64,000 nt of DNA from positions 14,198,001 to 14,262,000 of the forward strand of contig CM075989.1 in assembly GCA_038087875.1 (NCBI GenBank), in the 5' to 3' direction. The DNA is from Malacoraja senta. Lineage: Eukaryota. The position numbers and the translations under genes were made by a program. The notes under the pieces were generated by a model. The model did not search any database. It saw only the letters and a list, made by a program, of their open reading frames with translations, and had not been told where the DNA came from. The first letter of the stretch is position 1; every line of letters starts with the position of its first letter. This document shows positions 23,557 through 36,540 of this stretch, piece after piece.

Positions 23557-23889
23557 AAGATATTTAGGTAACCAGTTGGTAAGGGGTTGAATCTTTTTGA
23601 AAAGGTGAATCGGGGCAGAAATACTCAGCACATTTTAGAAGTAACCAGAACAATGTGTCACAACCTGTAAAGCTAAGGCCAAGAACTGGGAAGTGGTGTG
23701 AGTCTGGATAGTTATTTTTTAGCCAAAGAGGTCTTGGAGTGGATATCTTCCTCTTGTGCCATAAAACTTTGAGTGCCTTCAGTAATCATGACTTGCAGAT
23801 TCATAGATAGTTATGCAATTAAAAAAAAGGACCTCATGCCCATTTCTCCTCCAGTCTTTCCCCAACCCATTTTAACTTGGCTACATTCC

Positions 23890-24120
23890 CATTAATAACC
23901 CCCCTCCAGATTCTATCGTCCACCTGCTAGGGGCAACTTGCAGCAGCCAAAATTAACCTAGCAACCTGAATGGCACTAGAATGCGGGAACAATTAGGAGC
24001 ACTCGGAAGAAGCTATGTGGTCATGGAGAGAATATGCAAAATCTGCATAGACAGAACAGAAGGTCAGGACTGAATCTGGGCCACTGGAGCTGTGAGGCAG
24101 CGGCTCGACCACAACGTCCC
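23890..24120 (-). mobile_element. tRNA-derived V-SINE-like element (degenerate)
   Basis: Reverse complement of the SINE at 32080 (gagctgtgaggcagcggctc; gggagagaatatgcaaaatctgcatagacag). Confidence 0.7.
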
Positions 24121-24203
24121 CACACCTTCAATGGCATCACGCCTTCCCAATTGTAAGGTATCTTTACAAATATAAAACTTCTACTTGCATTGCATCTTTA
24201 ACC

Positions 24204-24440
24204 CAGAGAGTTGTGAATTTGTGGAATTCTCTGCCTCAGAAGGCAGTGGAGGGCGATTCACCTGATGCATTCAAAATAGAGTTCGATAGAGCTCTTAGGG
24301 CTAGCGGAATCGAGGGATATGGGGAGAAGGCAGGAACGGGGTACTGATTGAGGATGATCAGCCATGATCACATTGAATGGCCGTGCTGGCATGAAGGGCC
24401 AAATGGCCTACTCCTGCACCTATTATCTATGTATCTATGT
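24204..24440 (+). mobile_element. CR1 3' end inserted into an older L2-like remnant
   Basis: QRVVNLWNSLPQKAVE plus 3' UTR and (tatctatg)n tail. Short taacc direct repeat at both flanks. Confidence 0.85.
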
Positions 24441-26204
24441 AACCTTGGTAAAATGGTCCAAGGCAATTCATAGGGGGATTATAGGGAAAAAAATGTCATT
24501 CAGCAAAATAAGACAATAAAAGGAGAAATTAAATGTTTGAAGGAATGCCTTACAGAAAGGCGGACAGTGGTAAATATTTAGGAAGAAAGTAGGTACTTGA
24601 TAGCCACGGCTATGACTACCAATGATTGTAACTTTAATTACTGATTCTTTGGGTCTGGAGATAACTGAGGATTTGATGTAGCTTTCAGCATAGGAAAGAG
24701 GACTGTGTGGCAGGGAGGGTAGGAGAATGCCAGGGGAGGAGATAGCAGTGAGCTAGACTAGGGAATTTTCAGTATTGACAAGGGAATGAGATGATCTTTT
24801 TGTCTGATGTTGCAGGAGGGTGATTACAAATGGGCTCAGAGCAGGACAGGTTCTTTGAAGAACCAGAGGTAATAGTGGGAAGAGAAAGCCTTGTAAGTGA
24901 TTGTCTGGCAATGGCTGGACTAATAAGAATGGAACAGGCTGTGTGTGCAGTCCTCTCAACTGGACAGTGATGAAGAGGTGTTTTGGTGTGCAATGTGTTC
25001 AAAGGCTGCAGATGAGGATTGATAATGCACATTTATCAGTCATTTAACACATGACGAGGGGAAGTGGAAGAAAACACAAAAGAAAAGGTGTGAGTTTTGT
25101 GTTAAGGCAGCTGAGATCATTTTAATCTAGCAGGAAGAACAAGGGAGGAAAGTGCATAGACATTTGATCTAATGTTATCACCATTAGTGACAGAAAGGTC
25201 CTTGCATGTGGCATTCCAGTTGAGGAGAGAGAAAGGGGAATTAAATGGTTTGTGGGAGAGAAAAGAAGCCAAGCATCACCTGTAATAGTGGTGGGCAGGT
25301 CCTCGGGTATGAGCGAGGGCAGTAGTAATTTAACCAGGTTTCATGGGTCAAGAGTTTTCTGTTATTTGTTGATCTTTTCAACACTTGGATGAAATTGCAT
25401 GATGAGCAACAGTCATATGTCACTGAGGTCTGTTTGAGTTCATTGGATTCAAATGATTTGATGACTTGATTTCTGCTGGTACCGAAGCTCTTTATCCTCA
25501 TGCACAGCCTATCCTTGGACCTCAAGATGGATAGGATAAATATTGTTTCAGTTACATTTTCATTGCAGTGTGCGTAATTCTACTACATACAGTATACAAG
25601 TATGTAGTATAGTGACAATATGTATCTGCTGGCAAATATAAGCATGACCTTTCTTCCTAACTCAGGTTGTCATTTATAAGCTGGCTGGGAACGGCAGAGC
25701 CACAACATATTAAATATGGGGAGGAGCTTCCGAAATGTCATCTGTCGCGCAGTTTTAACATTGTAACACACACACAGAAGAGGCAGAGGCAGAAGACTGA
25801 CTGATGATTTAAAATTTCAATCTTCTTCCCCTCCTTCAACAAACTCTAGTTCTACCCCTGAAAGAAACAGTGGCATCATCTTCTGAAATGCTGATTAGCA
25901 TTTGGACACATACATACTGGGACATTAGAATAATAATTTCCTTTCTCGAGCCATCCAGACAGCAATTGCAGTGTCATACAGAGATCCAATATGTTCAATT
26001 TGTTAATCTTCACATCATGAAATGTTGCCTTTGAGCTTGTGTAGCTGCTGTGCAAGTTGCTTGTGGACCTTCAACATTATAATTGCATTTAAGTAGCTCA
26101 TCTTATTTGTATGCATAAAGTGGGACTTCAAAGTTGTAAAGCATTAAGTTGCTAATATTTTAAAAGGAGCTATTGACTTTTAGAAGAGGACCACTCCAAG
26201 GAAT

Positions 26205-26692
26205 GCAGTGAAGTTGTAAGAAAAACCAACGCTTAATATGTGGATTTCAAACATGTTGGACACCGCACATCTTGAAGAAACGCGATTCCTCCTAATAGAT
26301 AAATCAGACCAATTCTTAACGAGTTGGTCTCCATTTATCGACTTTTTGGAAGCATATGGTGCAACAAAATCGTAGAAACCAACTGTTTCAGGACTGGGTG
26401 AAGGATGGTCAAGAATATAAATAACGATCTCCTTAATTTCCTACTCTCTACTCTTTCTCTTTCTCTCTCCTTTTCTTTTCTTCACTTTCCCTCTTTCCCC
26501 CCTTTTTCCTTTTCACACACCATATATCACATGTTTTTCTATCTTTTATTATCTATTCTCTCTTTCTCTCTTTCATTATTTAAAAAAAAAAAGAAGCTGT
26601 ACATAAAATGTAACCTGTCAATATATATTAGGCACCTTGGTGCCACATTACTCTACTTACTTCTAATAAAATAAAATAAATAAAAATAAAAA
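26205..26692 (+). mobile_element. L1-clade LINE 3' end with A-rich tail
   Basis: Translation WISNMLDTAHLEETRFLL...FLTSWSPFIDFLE resembles the L1 ORF2 C-terminus. Pyrimidine-rich UTR and aataaaataaaataaataaaaataaaa tail. Confidence 0.75.
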
Positions 26693-27047
26693 TTAGCAAA
26701 AGTGGAACTGTTTTGCAATGTATGTCAGAATGTTTCAGGGCCGATTTCAATCTCCTATACCCTGCTATCTGCACGGTGGGTGCTCAGTTAGCAGCGCAAG
26801 TGAAATATTTACTGTTCTCACTCAGCCCCTGCATCTGGCATTTTAACTCCCATGCTTGGTAAAATCTGACGTAGTTGGTGCATTGTTGTTACTGTCATGG
26901 TTAGCATTTTGTAAATTGATGGGATTTTAGCCGATGATCGTGCAAGGTTAGACTTGGGAAAACAAAGATAAGTAGAAATTAAATCAGAGAAAGCTGAAGA
27001 TGATTTTCTTCAGTTCCCCTTGGGAGACAGGAATTGACTAGCTCTTC

Positions 27048-27350
27048 AGGTGACACGGGGTGTCGTTAGTAGAGCCGCTGCCTCACAGCACGAGACCTGC
27101 GTTCAATCCTGATCTCAGGCATTGCCTGTGTGGAATTTGCACATTCTCTGGGTATTAGAGTTTCCTCCCACATCTCAAAGACATCTGGGTTGGTAGATTA
27201 ATTAGCCACTGTAAATTACTGCTAATGTTTACATGAGTGATGGCATCAGGAGGGAGTTGAAGCAAAATGGGGAGAATGGATGTACGGTCAGGACACACTC
27301 AGCGGGTCAAAGAATCACATTCCATGCATCTCTATGACTCTGATTCCATG
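27048..27350 (+). mobile_element. tRNA-derived V-SINE-like element
   Basis: Degenerate A box and B box (gcgttcaatcc), core gtgtggaatttgcacattctc..tttcctcccacatctcaaagac. Confidence 0.75.
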
Positions 27351-30300
27351 ACTTTTTGGACCACTTTGACATCATGGTCTCCTGCAGGTAACTTTGACCA
27401 TTATGGTCCAGAATCTAAATATGGGTTGGACAGAAGATGATTGGGCAGCATCAAACAATTGGAAAGCAGATGCCGGACCATTGAGTTCCTCCAGCAGTTT
27501 GGTTTCTGTTTGGGATTCCAGCATCTGCAGTTTCTTGTGTTTCCAACACATTCTTTGCTTTGTTGAATTCATTTTTGTTCCCCTGTAACTGCTTTCTTTA
27601 TTTTCTTTCCATTTTGCTCTCTTCTTTGGCCATGTGCAACTGATCTACATTAGCCTGGAGAATGACAAATGTACAACCTTTAAATTTTTCATTCTTGCTT
27701 TCGTACATCTTCGTGGCTCCCACTTCCTCCAGCCTTCAAGTCTCTGAAGTCTGAGCATTCTGGCTTTCTCTATTAGTGTGTACCTTTGATTTTCATCACA
27801 GCACTATATGCTGTCATGTCTTCAGCTGCCTATAGCTTAAGTTCTGGCATTCTGCCTTGAAACACCTCTCCTCTTCCCTCTGTCCACTCTCTCTTTCGTT
27901 CTAGCTCCTTTGGTTCCATCCTTAAAACTTTGGTGTCACATGTTCCATTAATGCCTGTGAAGTACCTTGAACATCTATAACAGTGTCTGCAATGCCGTAG
28001 TGAATGTGTCTCCATGGTTTTCCAGAATTTTGTAAGTAGTTTAGAGAACTTTGAAGCTGGTCAGTGCTGTACATGCAATGAAACTAGGTTGCCTCTATTG
28101 CCTAAATATTGTTAGCATTTACAAAAAATGTCATGCACGTTTAATGTTAGACAAAATTCCATATTTTTGAATACTGGGATTATATTAAAGACCTTGTGAT
28201 TTTCTACGCAGTTTATCTATTTGTGGAAGTCATAAAAATACAAGTCAATCCTATTTCCTCATTCATTCCTGACAGAATCTGCAGCATGCCATCTGGTCCA
28301 GGTGCTATTTAATTCCTAAGATTCTTACTGACACATGGTTTCATGACGTCTACATATGTTACAATAAAGCAAGCCAAAAAAAAGGACCTATAATTAGTCC
28401 ACTCCCTTCATTGGAAATAGCTCAAGATTTCTATTGTTTGTAGATGTAACCTTGCTTCTTGATGTAACATGCTTTACAATGTTATGTTGATATTTGAGTT
28501 GCAGTCATTGTGATGATGAGGGCAGCAAGCTTGCACTTTGTGCATAATAAGATGCCACAGACAGCAGATGGGTGGATTATGAATTGAGCTGTTTTTCTTG
28601 CCATTGGAAGGGTGGAAATATTCAAGCCATCCAACGATTGCTCACCTTTGCAACAGACAATATTGTCCTTAATATTGCATCTCTCCTTCCGTGATTCACA
28701 TATTGCTTTGACTTTTGGACTCTTTTTCATGACATACCTTCTGGCTGTTGACAAAATTACAGCAGGTTTTCCATTCTTTTAACTTTCCATGAACCTTTCT
28801 TCCTTCACTTGGTGCTCATTGGTTGCCAAACACTATTTTCTTGCCCTTATCATTGTTAACTTCTGCAGCCTTCCTTCTGCTGCCCGATCTATCCTCGACA
28901 GCTGTTATATCTTTCTGCAGCAGCTTAGACATGCTTGCTTGTTGCATGAACAGCTTAGTTTGGTATGAAGGATACAATTAAAGAAGCAATTACTGAATGT
29001 TTCTACATATGGAATTATCTGGCCAACAGTTTGATTCTGTTCTTATTTACAGCCAGCCTCTTAGCTTCTTTTCTACCCTGTAGGTTCCTAATTTTCACTT
29101 TACAACACCACTATCATTCTGAGGCTTGGAGACAGTTTGGAGTAGTTGTATACTCAAACTAATAAATACTATGACAGAAAATGTGTGTTGCCACTCAAGC
29201 TATATCATTACCTGGGGTGCTCATCTAGAATGGCACAAAAATATTATCATTTCAGCTATGATCTGTATTGACAGACGAATGGGTCATAAACACTCATAGT
29301 TGATTTGAAATAGCTTTTCCTTTGCTGAACACTCCAGTTATTGCTGCCAGGTTCATTATTTTAGATTTCTGTTTCTTTAGACTGTATGTACTTGATTCTT
29401 TGCTTCAGGTATTGTCATAAGGCTGCAGAATCCTTTACGAGATTATGTTACCAGGCCGATAATACCAGAGGCCTTGATTAATGATCAGATGGGTTGCTGG
29501 AGAATTTAAATTGACATATTTCAAAATATAGCCCAGCAAACCACTCAAATACAGCTGGGTAATAAATACGGGACTTGCCAGTAATGGCCACATTTCACGA
29601 ATGAACAAAAATATAATGACCTCACCGAATCACCCAAATTTATGCCTTTCTTTCAACACCAAATACATTGACTCGAGTGTGGAGGCTGATGGGCTAAAAC
29701 AAGAGTAATTTATTCAGAAACAGGTTGGCAATCAGTTCAACTTGACAAGCTGTTCCTTTATAAAATTCTGTAATGTTTAAGGATCCTGCTGAACACATGA
29801 TTTATAACTGGGTCAGCAGTGGTTTGAGGGACAATTTTAAACTTTTGGAGTTTAGGATCAGAATGACCTCGAATATGAGCTGTGTATAAAGTCTGAGATA
29901 CATTCCGTTCTTCTGACATTGAATTGTGTCTTTAAGCAGTGTTTAAAATGTGGTCAAACTCCCTCCTCACCTTTGTTAGACTAAATAATAGAGTGGCATG
30001 ACCATATGTGCAGATATAGGACTGGAATGTTTTGACGTGAAGTCATTCGTTCATAGAGGAATCTCATTCATTTGGAACTGCTTTTCCTGAATATTTGTGT
30101 AATAAATAGGGAAAACAGAAGAGAGATTTAAAAGGCACTTTTTATTTGCTGTCAGGGAGATGATAACAGTATTGATGTTCTCTCAATGAATACAAATGTT
30201 ATGTATTAACTTGTTGAGTGAACTATGTAAATATGAACGGCGTTTGCCATTGTGAGGATAATTGCTCTGCAATGTGGGTGTCATTGTAACACTTATGTCA

Positions 30301-30601
30301 AACAAAAGTTACTCAATAAAATCATTGTAAAATCTGAAGTTTGTTTGGATATACAAATGCATGATTCCTCGTGGAATAAACAGGTATTCAAAGACCAGTT
30401 TCCTAGAAAAGACAACGTTAATTGGACTCTAACCTCTGATGCCTGATCATGCCCATTCCTAGTTCTCCTCCTTCTACAACATCCTTCCATCCACTGCTGT
30501 AAATCAAGAGCCCATTTCATACTAATATTGTCTGGATTTACTCATTGCCCATCACAATTAGCTTCACTTTATCTCCTGCAGATTTTATTTTTCTGTAATA
30601 A

Positions 30602-31590
30602 GGGCGATGCGGTGGTTGAACTGGCAGCAGATCTGATTTCAGAGATGCAGGTAAACAACAATGCTGGAGAAACTCAGTGGGCGAGGCAGCATCTATGGAG
30701 TGAAGGAAATAGGTGACTTTTCGGGTCGAGACCCTTCTTCAGACTATTGTGGTGGGGGGGGGGGGGGGTGGGAAGAAGAAAGGAAGAGGCGGAGACTGTG
30801 GGCTGAGGGAGAGCTGGGAAGGGGAGGAGAAATCAGGGACTACCTAAAATTGGAGAAGTCAATGTTCATCCAGCTGGGGTGTAAACTGCCCAAGCGAAAT
30901 ATGAGGTGCTGCTCCTTCAATTTACGGTAGGCCTCATTCTGGCCTTGGAGGAGGCCCAGGACAGAAAGGTCGGATTCGGAATGGAGGGGGAGTTGAAGTG
31001 CTGAGCCACCAGGAGATCAGGTTGGTTATTGCGAACCGAGTGGAGGTGTTGGGCGAAGCGATCGTCAAGCCTACGCTTGGTCTCACCGATGTAGAGCAGC
31101 TGACACCTAGAGCAGCGGATGCAATAGATGAGGTTGGAGGAGGTGCAGGTGAACATCTGCCGCACCTGGAAAGACGGCTTGGGTCCTTGAATGGAGTCAA
31201 GGGGAGAGGTAAAGCGACAAATGTAGCATTTCCTGCGGTTGCAAGGGAAAGTGCCAGGAGAGGGGGTGGTTTGGGTGGGAAGGGACGAATTGACCAGGGA
31301 GTTATGGAGGGAGCGGTCTCTGCGGAAAGCAGACAGGTGAGGAGATGGGAAGATGTGGCCAGTGGTGGGATCCTGTTGGATCTTTGGAAAATTTCAGAGA
31401 TGCAGGTTCATTCATGACCTCTGGTCGTGTTCCAGTTTCCTCCCATATCTCAAAGGCATGCAGTTTGATAGGTTAATTGGCCACTGCTAAATGTTTTGAG
31501 TGTGTGGTAGATTCAAGGCAGGGGGGAGAATAAAAGGGGATTTGTGTAGGATAGTGTAAATAAATGGGTGAATGATGGCAGCACGGCCTC
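30602..31590 (+). mobile_element. V-SINE-like element split by a Penelope insertion
   Basis: The tRNA head at 30602-30652 resumes at 31391 (caggttcattcatgacct..tttcctcccatatctcaaag). Confidence 0.6.
30653..31390 (-). mobile_element. Penelope-like retroelement 3' fragment (GIY-YIG endonuclease + terminus)
   Basis: FTCTSSNLIYCIRCSRCQLLYIGETKRRL..RFAQH..VAQHFN is a GIY-YIG domain. 17-bp TSD atttcagagatgcaggt at 30636-30652 and 31391-31407. Confidence 0.92.
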
Positions 31591-32078
31591 ACATTAAGCC
31601 TGATTTGACCAGATGCAAAAACAGCAGGTTTGATGTTGAAAAATATTTAGATTTTGAAGACATTTATTGACTAATTTACACCCATGAATATTGTAATTAG
31701 TTCTGAATACATTTTATAAATTTCTGATTTTTTTTGTAAGTGATCTGGACATTGTGAAGAAGTTGTTAACAGATATATTTTTACAATTGCATCTGATTAT
31801 CGCAATGAATAGTTTATATCATGAAGAGAATATGATAATAACCCTGCTACACGATCTGTTGTACTAGTTCAATGAGGTATTTTATATGCGATTATGCAAA
31901 ATATCTTGGGTATAATTCTAAGAATTGCTTTGGAAAACTAGCTCAATTTCAAATGCTCATTTGTTTAGAACTTTTGGCATTATTAGTTTCAGTTAGTGGG
32001 TAACTGTAATTGAAGTAGTCTCCTTGATGCTTAGCCATAATTATTTGAAAAATTCACTTTTGGAGTGGAACAGATCAA

Positions 32079-32375
32079 GGGTGGCACAATGGCGCAGTGG
32101 TATAGTTGCTGCCTTACATTACCAGGGACCTAGGTTCGATTCTGACTATGGGTGTTGTCCGTGTGGAGCTTGTACGTTCTCCCTGTGACCGCCTGGGTTT
32201 TCTCCGGTTACTTCCCACACTCCAAAGACGTGCAGGTTTGTGGGTTAATCCTCTGTGGTAAGTTGTAAAATTGTCCCTAGCATGTCGGAAAGTGTTAGTG
32301 TATGGGGTGATCGCTGGTCAGTGCAGACTCGGTGGGCCGAAGGGCTTGTTTCCGCTCTGTTTCTCTGAAGTTTAA
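32079..32375 (+). mobile_element. tRNA-derived V-SINE-like (HE1-type) SINE, near full length
   Basis: A box tggcgcagtgg, B box ggttcgattc, central core gtgtggagcttgtacgttctccc, CR1-derived tail gggccgaagggcttgtttcc. Confidence 0.85.
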
Positions 32376-32643
32376 AGATCAAGGCCATGGAGCATTGGTA
32401 TAAACCTGGAAAGATTAAAATGTAGAAAGGGTAAATGATAAACATCTGCATTTGGCAGGTAAGTACATTCAGGATGTGATGACTCAGCAGATTTATGATG
32501 TGAGGAACTCGCAGACGAAAAGCATCTGGGTTTCTTCAGTCAATGAACATCCGGTCTTAAGCTTCACGAATGGCTCAACAGTCCTCTTGATTCTTGGTTG
32601 TTTACAGACTTGATCAAGATTAAGACAGACACTCATTTGGAGT

Positions 32644-34235
32644 TAAATCCCCAGGGCCAGATAGGCTGCATCCCAGAGTACTTAAGGAAGTAGCCCCAGA
32701 AATAGTGGATGCATTAGTGATAATTTTTCAAAACTCTTTAGATTCTGGAGTAGTTCCTGAGGATTGGAGGGTAGCTAATGTAACCCCACTTTTTGAAAAG
32801 GGAGGGAGAGAGAAAACAGGGAATTACAGACCAGTTAGTCTAACGTCGGTAGTGGGGAAACTGCTAGAATCAGTTATTAAAGATGGGATAGCAGCACATT
32901 TGGAAAGTGGTGAAATCATTGGATAAAGTCAGCATGGATTTATGAAAGGTAAATCATGTCTGACGAATCTTATAGAATTTTTTGAGGATGTAACTAGTAG
33001 AGTGGATAAGGGAGAACCAGTGGATGTGTTATATCTGGACTTTCAGAAGGCTTTCGACAAGGTCCCACATAAGAGATTAGTATACAAACTTAAAGCACAC
33101 GGTATTGGGGTTTCAGTATTGATGTGGATAGAGAACTGGCTGGCAGACAGGAAGCAAAGAGTAGGAGTAAACTGGTCCTTTTCACAATGGCAGGCAGTGA
33201 CTAGTGGGGTACCGCAAATCTCAGTGCTGGGACCCCAGCTATTTACGATGTATATTAATGATTTGGACGAGGGAATTGAATGCAACATCTCCAAGTTTGC
33301 GGATGACACGAAGCTGGGGGGCAGTGTTAGCTGTGAGGAGGATGCTCGGAGGCTGCAAGGTGACTTGGATAGGCTGGGTGAGTGGGCAAATGCATGGCAG
33401 ATGCAGTATAATGTGGATAAATGTGAGGTTATCCACTTTGGTGGCAAAAACAGGAAAGTAGACTATTATCTGAATGGTGGCCGATTAGGAAAAGGAGAGA
33501 TGCAACAAGACCTGGGTGTCATGGTACACCAGTCATTAAAAGTAGGCATGCAGGTGCAGCAGGCAGTGAAGAAGGCGAATGGTATGTTAGCATTCATAGC
33601 AAAAGGATTTGAGTATAGGAGCAGGGAGGTTCTACTGCAGTTGTACAGGGTCTTGGTGAGACCACACCTGGAGTATTGCGTACAGTTTTGGTCTCCTAAT
33701 CTGAGGAAAGACATTCTTGCCATAGAGGGAGTACAGAGAAGGTTCACCAGACTGATTCCTGGGATGTCAGGACTTTCATATGAAGAAAGACTGGATAGAC
33801 TCGGTTTGTACTCGCTAGAATTTAGAAGATTGAGGGGGGATCTTATAGAAACGTACAAAATTCTTAAGTGGTTGGACAGGCTAGATGCAGGAAGATTGTT
33901 CCCGATGTTGGGGAAGTCCAGAACAAGGGGTCACAGTTTAAGGATAAGGGGGAAATCTTTTAGGACCGAGATGAGGAAAACATTTTTCACACAGAGAGTG
34001 GTGTATCTCTGGAATTCTCTGCCACAGAAGGTAGTTGAGACGAGTTCATTGGCTATATTTAAGAGGGAGTTAGATGTGGCCCTTGTGGCTAAAGGGATCG
34101 GGGGGTATGGAGAGAAAGCAGGTACAGGATACTGAGTTGGATGATCAGCCATGATCATATTGAATGGCGGTGCAGGCTCGAAGGGCCGAATGGCCTACTC
34201 CTGCACCTATTTTCTATGTTTCTATGTTTCTATGT
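32644..34235 (+). mobile_element. Young 5'-truncated CR1 LINE (RT domain, C-terminus, 3' UTR)
   Basis: KSPGPDRLHPRVLKE, NYRPVSLTSVVGKLLE, YLDFQKAFDKVPH, SGVPQ.SVLGP, KFADD. A single premature TAA at 32924-32926 separates ORFs 32705-32926 and 32942-34135. (tttctatg)n tail. Confidence 0.97.
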
Positions 34236-34584
34236 AAAAGAGGTACATCTCTTCTGAAAGCATTCTTCTCTTTGGAACAGGATGGCATTGCCAGGAGACT
34301 TAATACATTTTATTTAAATGATGAAGGAAATAGATAGGGTATATTGTCAAACACCAGAGGGTAGAGAAAGAAGGTGATTGTTAAAGAACCAAAAGTGAGA
34401 TGAAGCAAAATATTACTACCTAGTAAGTAATTGAAGTTTGGAATGCAATGCGATGAATAATGAGGCAGATTCAAAATGGAGCTGGATGGTATTTGTGAAA
34501 GAGAAATAATTTGCAGAGGTTTGGGGGAGTGAGGGGGAAGGTAGCGGTGTAATTGAATTGCTACTGAAACTATTAGTGAGACCA

Positions 34585-35070
34585 TGCTTGGAGTATTGTG
34601 TGCAGTTCTGGTTGCCCTGTTATAGGAAAACTATGATTAGGCTGGAAAAGATGCAGTAAAGATTCACAAGGATGTTATTGGTATTGGATGGCTTGAATTA
34701 TAAGGAAAGACTGGATTGACTGGGACTTTTTTACCTGGAACATAGGAGGCTCAGGGTGACCGCAGAGATATAAAAATCATGAATGGTGCTGATAAGGTGG
34801 ATAGTTACCGTCTTTTCCCAAGGTACAGGAGTCTAAAACTGGAGGGCATAGATTTAAGGTGAGAGGGGAATGAGTTAAAAGATTTTCATATATGGAACTA
34901 GCTGCCAGAGGAAGCTGAAGAGGTGGGTACAATTACAATGTGTAAAAGACATTTAGACAAGTAAATGGATAAAAGGTTTAGAGGGAAATGTGGCAAATGC
35001 AGACATTTTGGTCTGTGTGGAGGAGTTGGGGCGAAGGGCATGATTCTCTGCACGGTTCTATAACCCTATG
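34585..35070 (+). mobile_element. CR1 3' fragment (older subfamily)
   Basis: gaccatgcttggagtattgtgtgcagttctgg ... agagggcatagatttaaggtgagagggg. Confidence 0.8.
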
Positions 35071-35154
35071 AATAGAGTAAATCTGGACTTGATGGATCAA
35101 TTTGTCTCCTTTCAAACTGTAACCGATGCGATTCTGAAAACAATATTTAATTAA

Positions 35155-35252
35155 GACAGACACAAAAAGTTGGAGTAACTCAAAGGGTCAGGCAGAACCC
35201 CTGGAGAAAAGGAATAGGTGATGTTTCAGGTCGAGACCCTTCTTCAGACTGG
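35155..35252 (-). mobile_element. Penelope terminus with hammerhead core
   Basis: Reverse complement reads agtctgaagaagggtctcgacctgaaacatcacc. Confidence 0.75.
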
Positions 35253-36214
35253 GACAGTAACTAATTGACTATTACTTAGTTCCTGTCCATACAAATAGAT
35301 GGATTCTCTACATCTACAAATTAGCTACATCTTCACACGACAGTGGCAGAGCACAGATGGGAAATGCTGGGGAATAGTGGGCAGGAAGTTCAGAACTTCC
35401 ACAGATGTGCACTCATACGTGGGAATGCTGAACATTGGCACCTGGGTAGAGGAATAACAGAAGTTCTGTGCAGAGCCACAGTACATCCTTGCAACTTTAG
35501 AGAGGGATCTTGAAATAATAACCTTCTGATTGTAAAACAGTTTTTTAATGTTATTATATATAATGTTGACACATATAAATAAATGAAAATCCTGTGAATA
35601 TCTCAGAATGCACCCAGTATGCTAATTATATAAAACATCATAAATCGTTTACAGAAGAGTAATATTTCAATGGTTGTGAAGTAACAAGTAATTTGGTTTA
35701 TTTATTTTCATTATATGTAATGTTATGTTGAATTATTGAAGATTAATTGAGTTTTAATGTGAGTTGTCACAAGTCCTGAGAGGTTTTGCAGACATTGTGA
35801 ATATAAAAATCGAACAATTTAACAAAAATTGAATATTGGGCAACATACAACGGATTTGTGTATTTTACTTTGTAAAGTTGTCATAAATATGAACATCAAA
35901 ACTGTTGCATTGGAATATCAGCTGCCACATAGAAATTTATAAAGAGATATGAAGTACTCAGTGAAATGATTGCACATATGCACAAATTTACACATTGATT
36001 GCATGAGGTAACAATTGGCCAGATTCATAATTAGAATCTAAAGCTAACCATAAATATCCATGCACATCTTAAGGATTATGTTGTTCAGAAAATTATTTAT
36101 GAATACCTTGCTTGATCTACTTCATTTCTAATTGGTTTCTGCTACCACAATATATTATAGAATTTGAAATGACAAATAAAACCATTTGAAATAGATGCAA
36201 GATTAGGCTATTTG

Positions 36215-36540
36215 ATTCCCGCTTTGCCATTTATGGTTGATCTATTACCACAAGTTTATTTTACTGCACTAATCCAATATCCCTCGAAATATTAAATTTA
36301 CTCACTTGAGTATACACAACAACTGGGCTTCCACAGCCCCATTGGGAAGAGACTTACAAAGATTCAAGAACCTCGTGGGTGAAGAAATGTATTCTCATCT
36401 CAGTCATAAATAGCCAATTCTTTATTCAAAGACAGTGGTTTTTGGTTCTAGACACTGCACGCAGGAGGCACATCAACTCCATATCAACCATGTTAAGCTC
36501 TAACAATTTTGTATATTTGTGAGAGATCACCTCTCATGCC
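36215..36540 (-). mobile_element. Old CR1 3' fragment
   Basis: ORF 36493-36723(-) ends in MRGDLSQIYKIVRA, followed by a degenerate CR1 3' region. Confidence 0.65.

Noticed and set aside
32079-32150. tRNA gene
   Set aside because: A and B boxes are present but run into a SINE core and a LINE-derived tail. No proper cloverleaf or terminator.
32942-34135. 397-aa ORF as a host gene or domesticated RT
   Set aside because: It is the 3' part of a 5'-truncated CR1 LINE with an upstream in-frame stop, the typical 3' UTR and microsatellite tail, and many relatives in the window.
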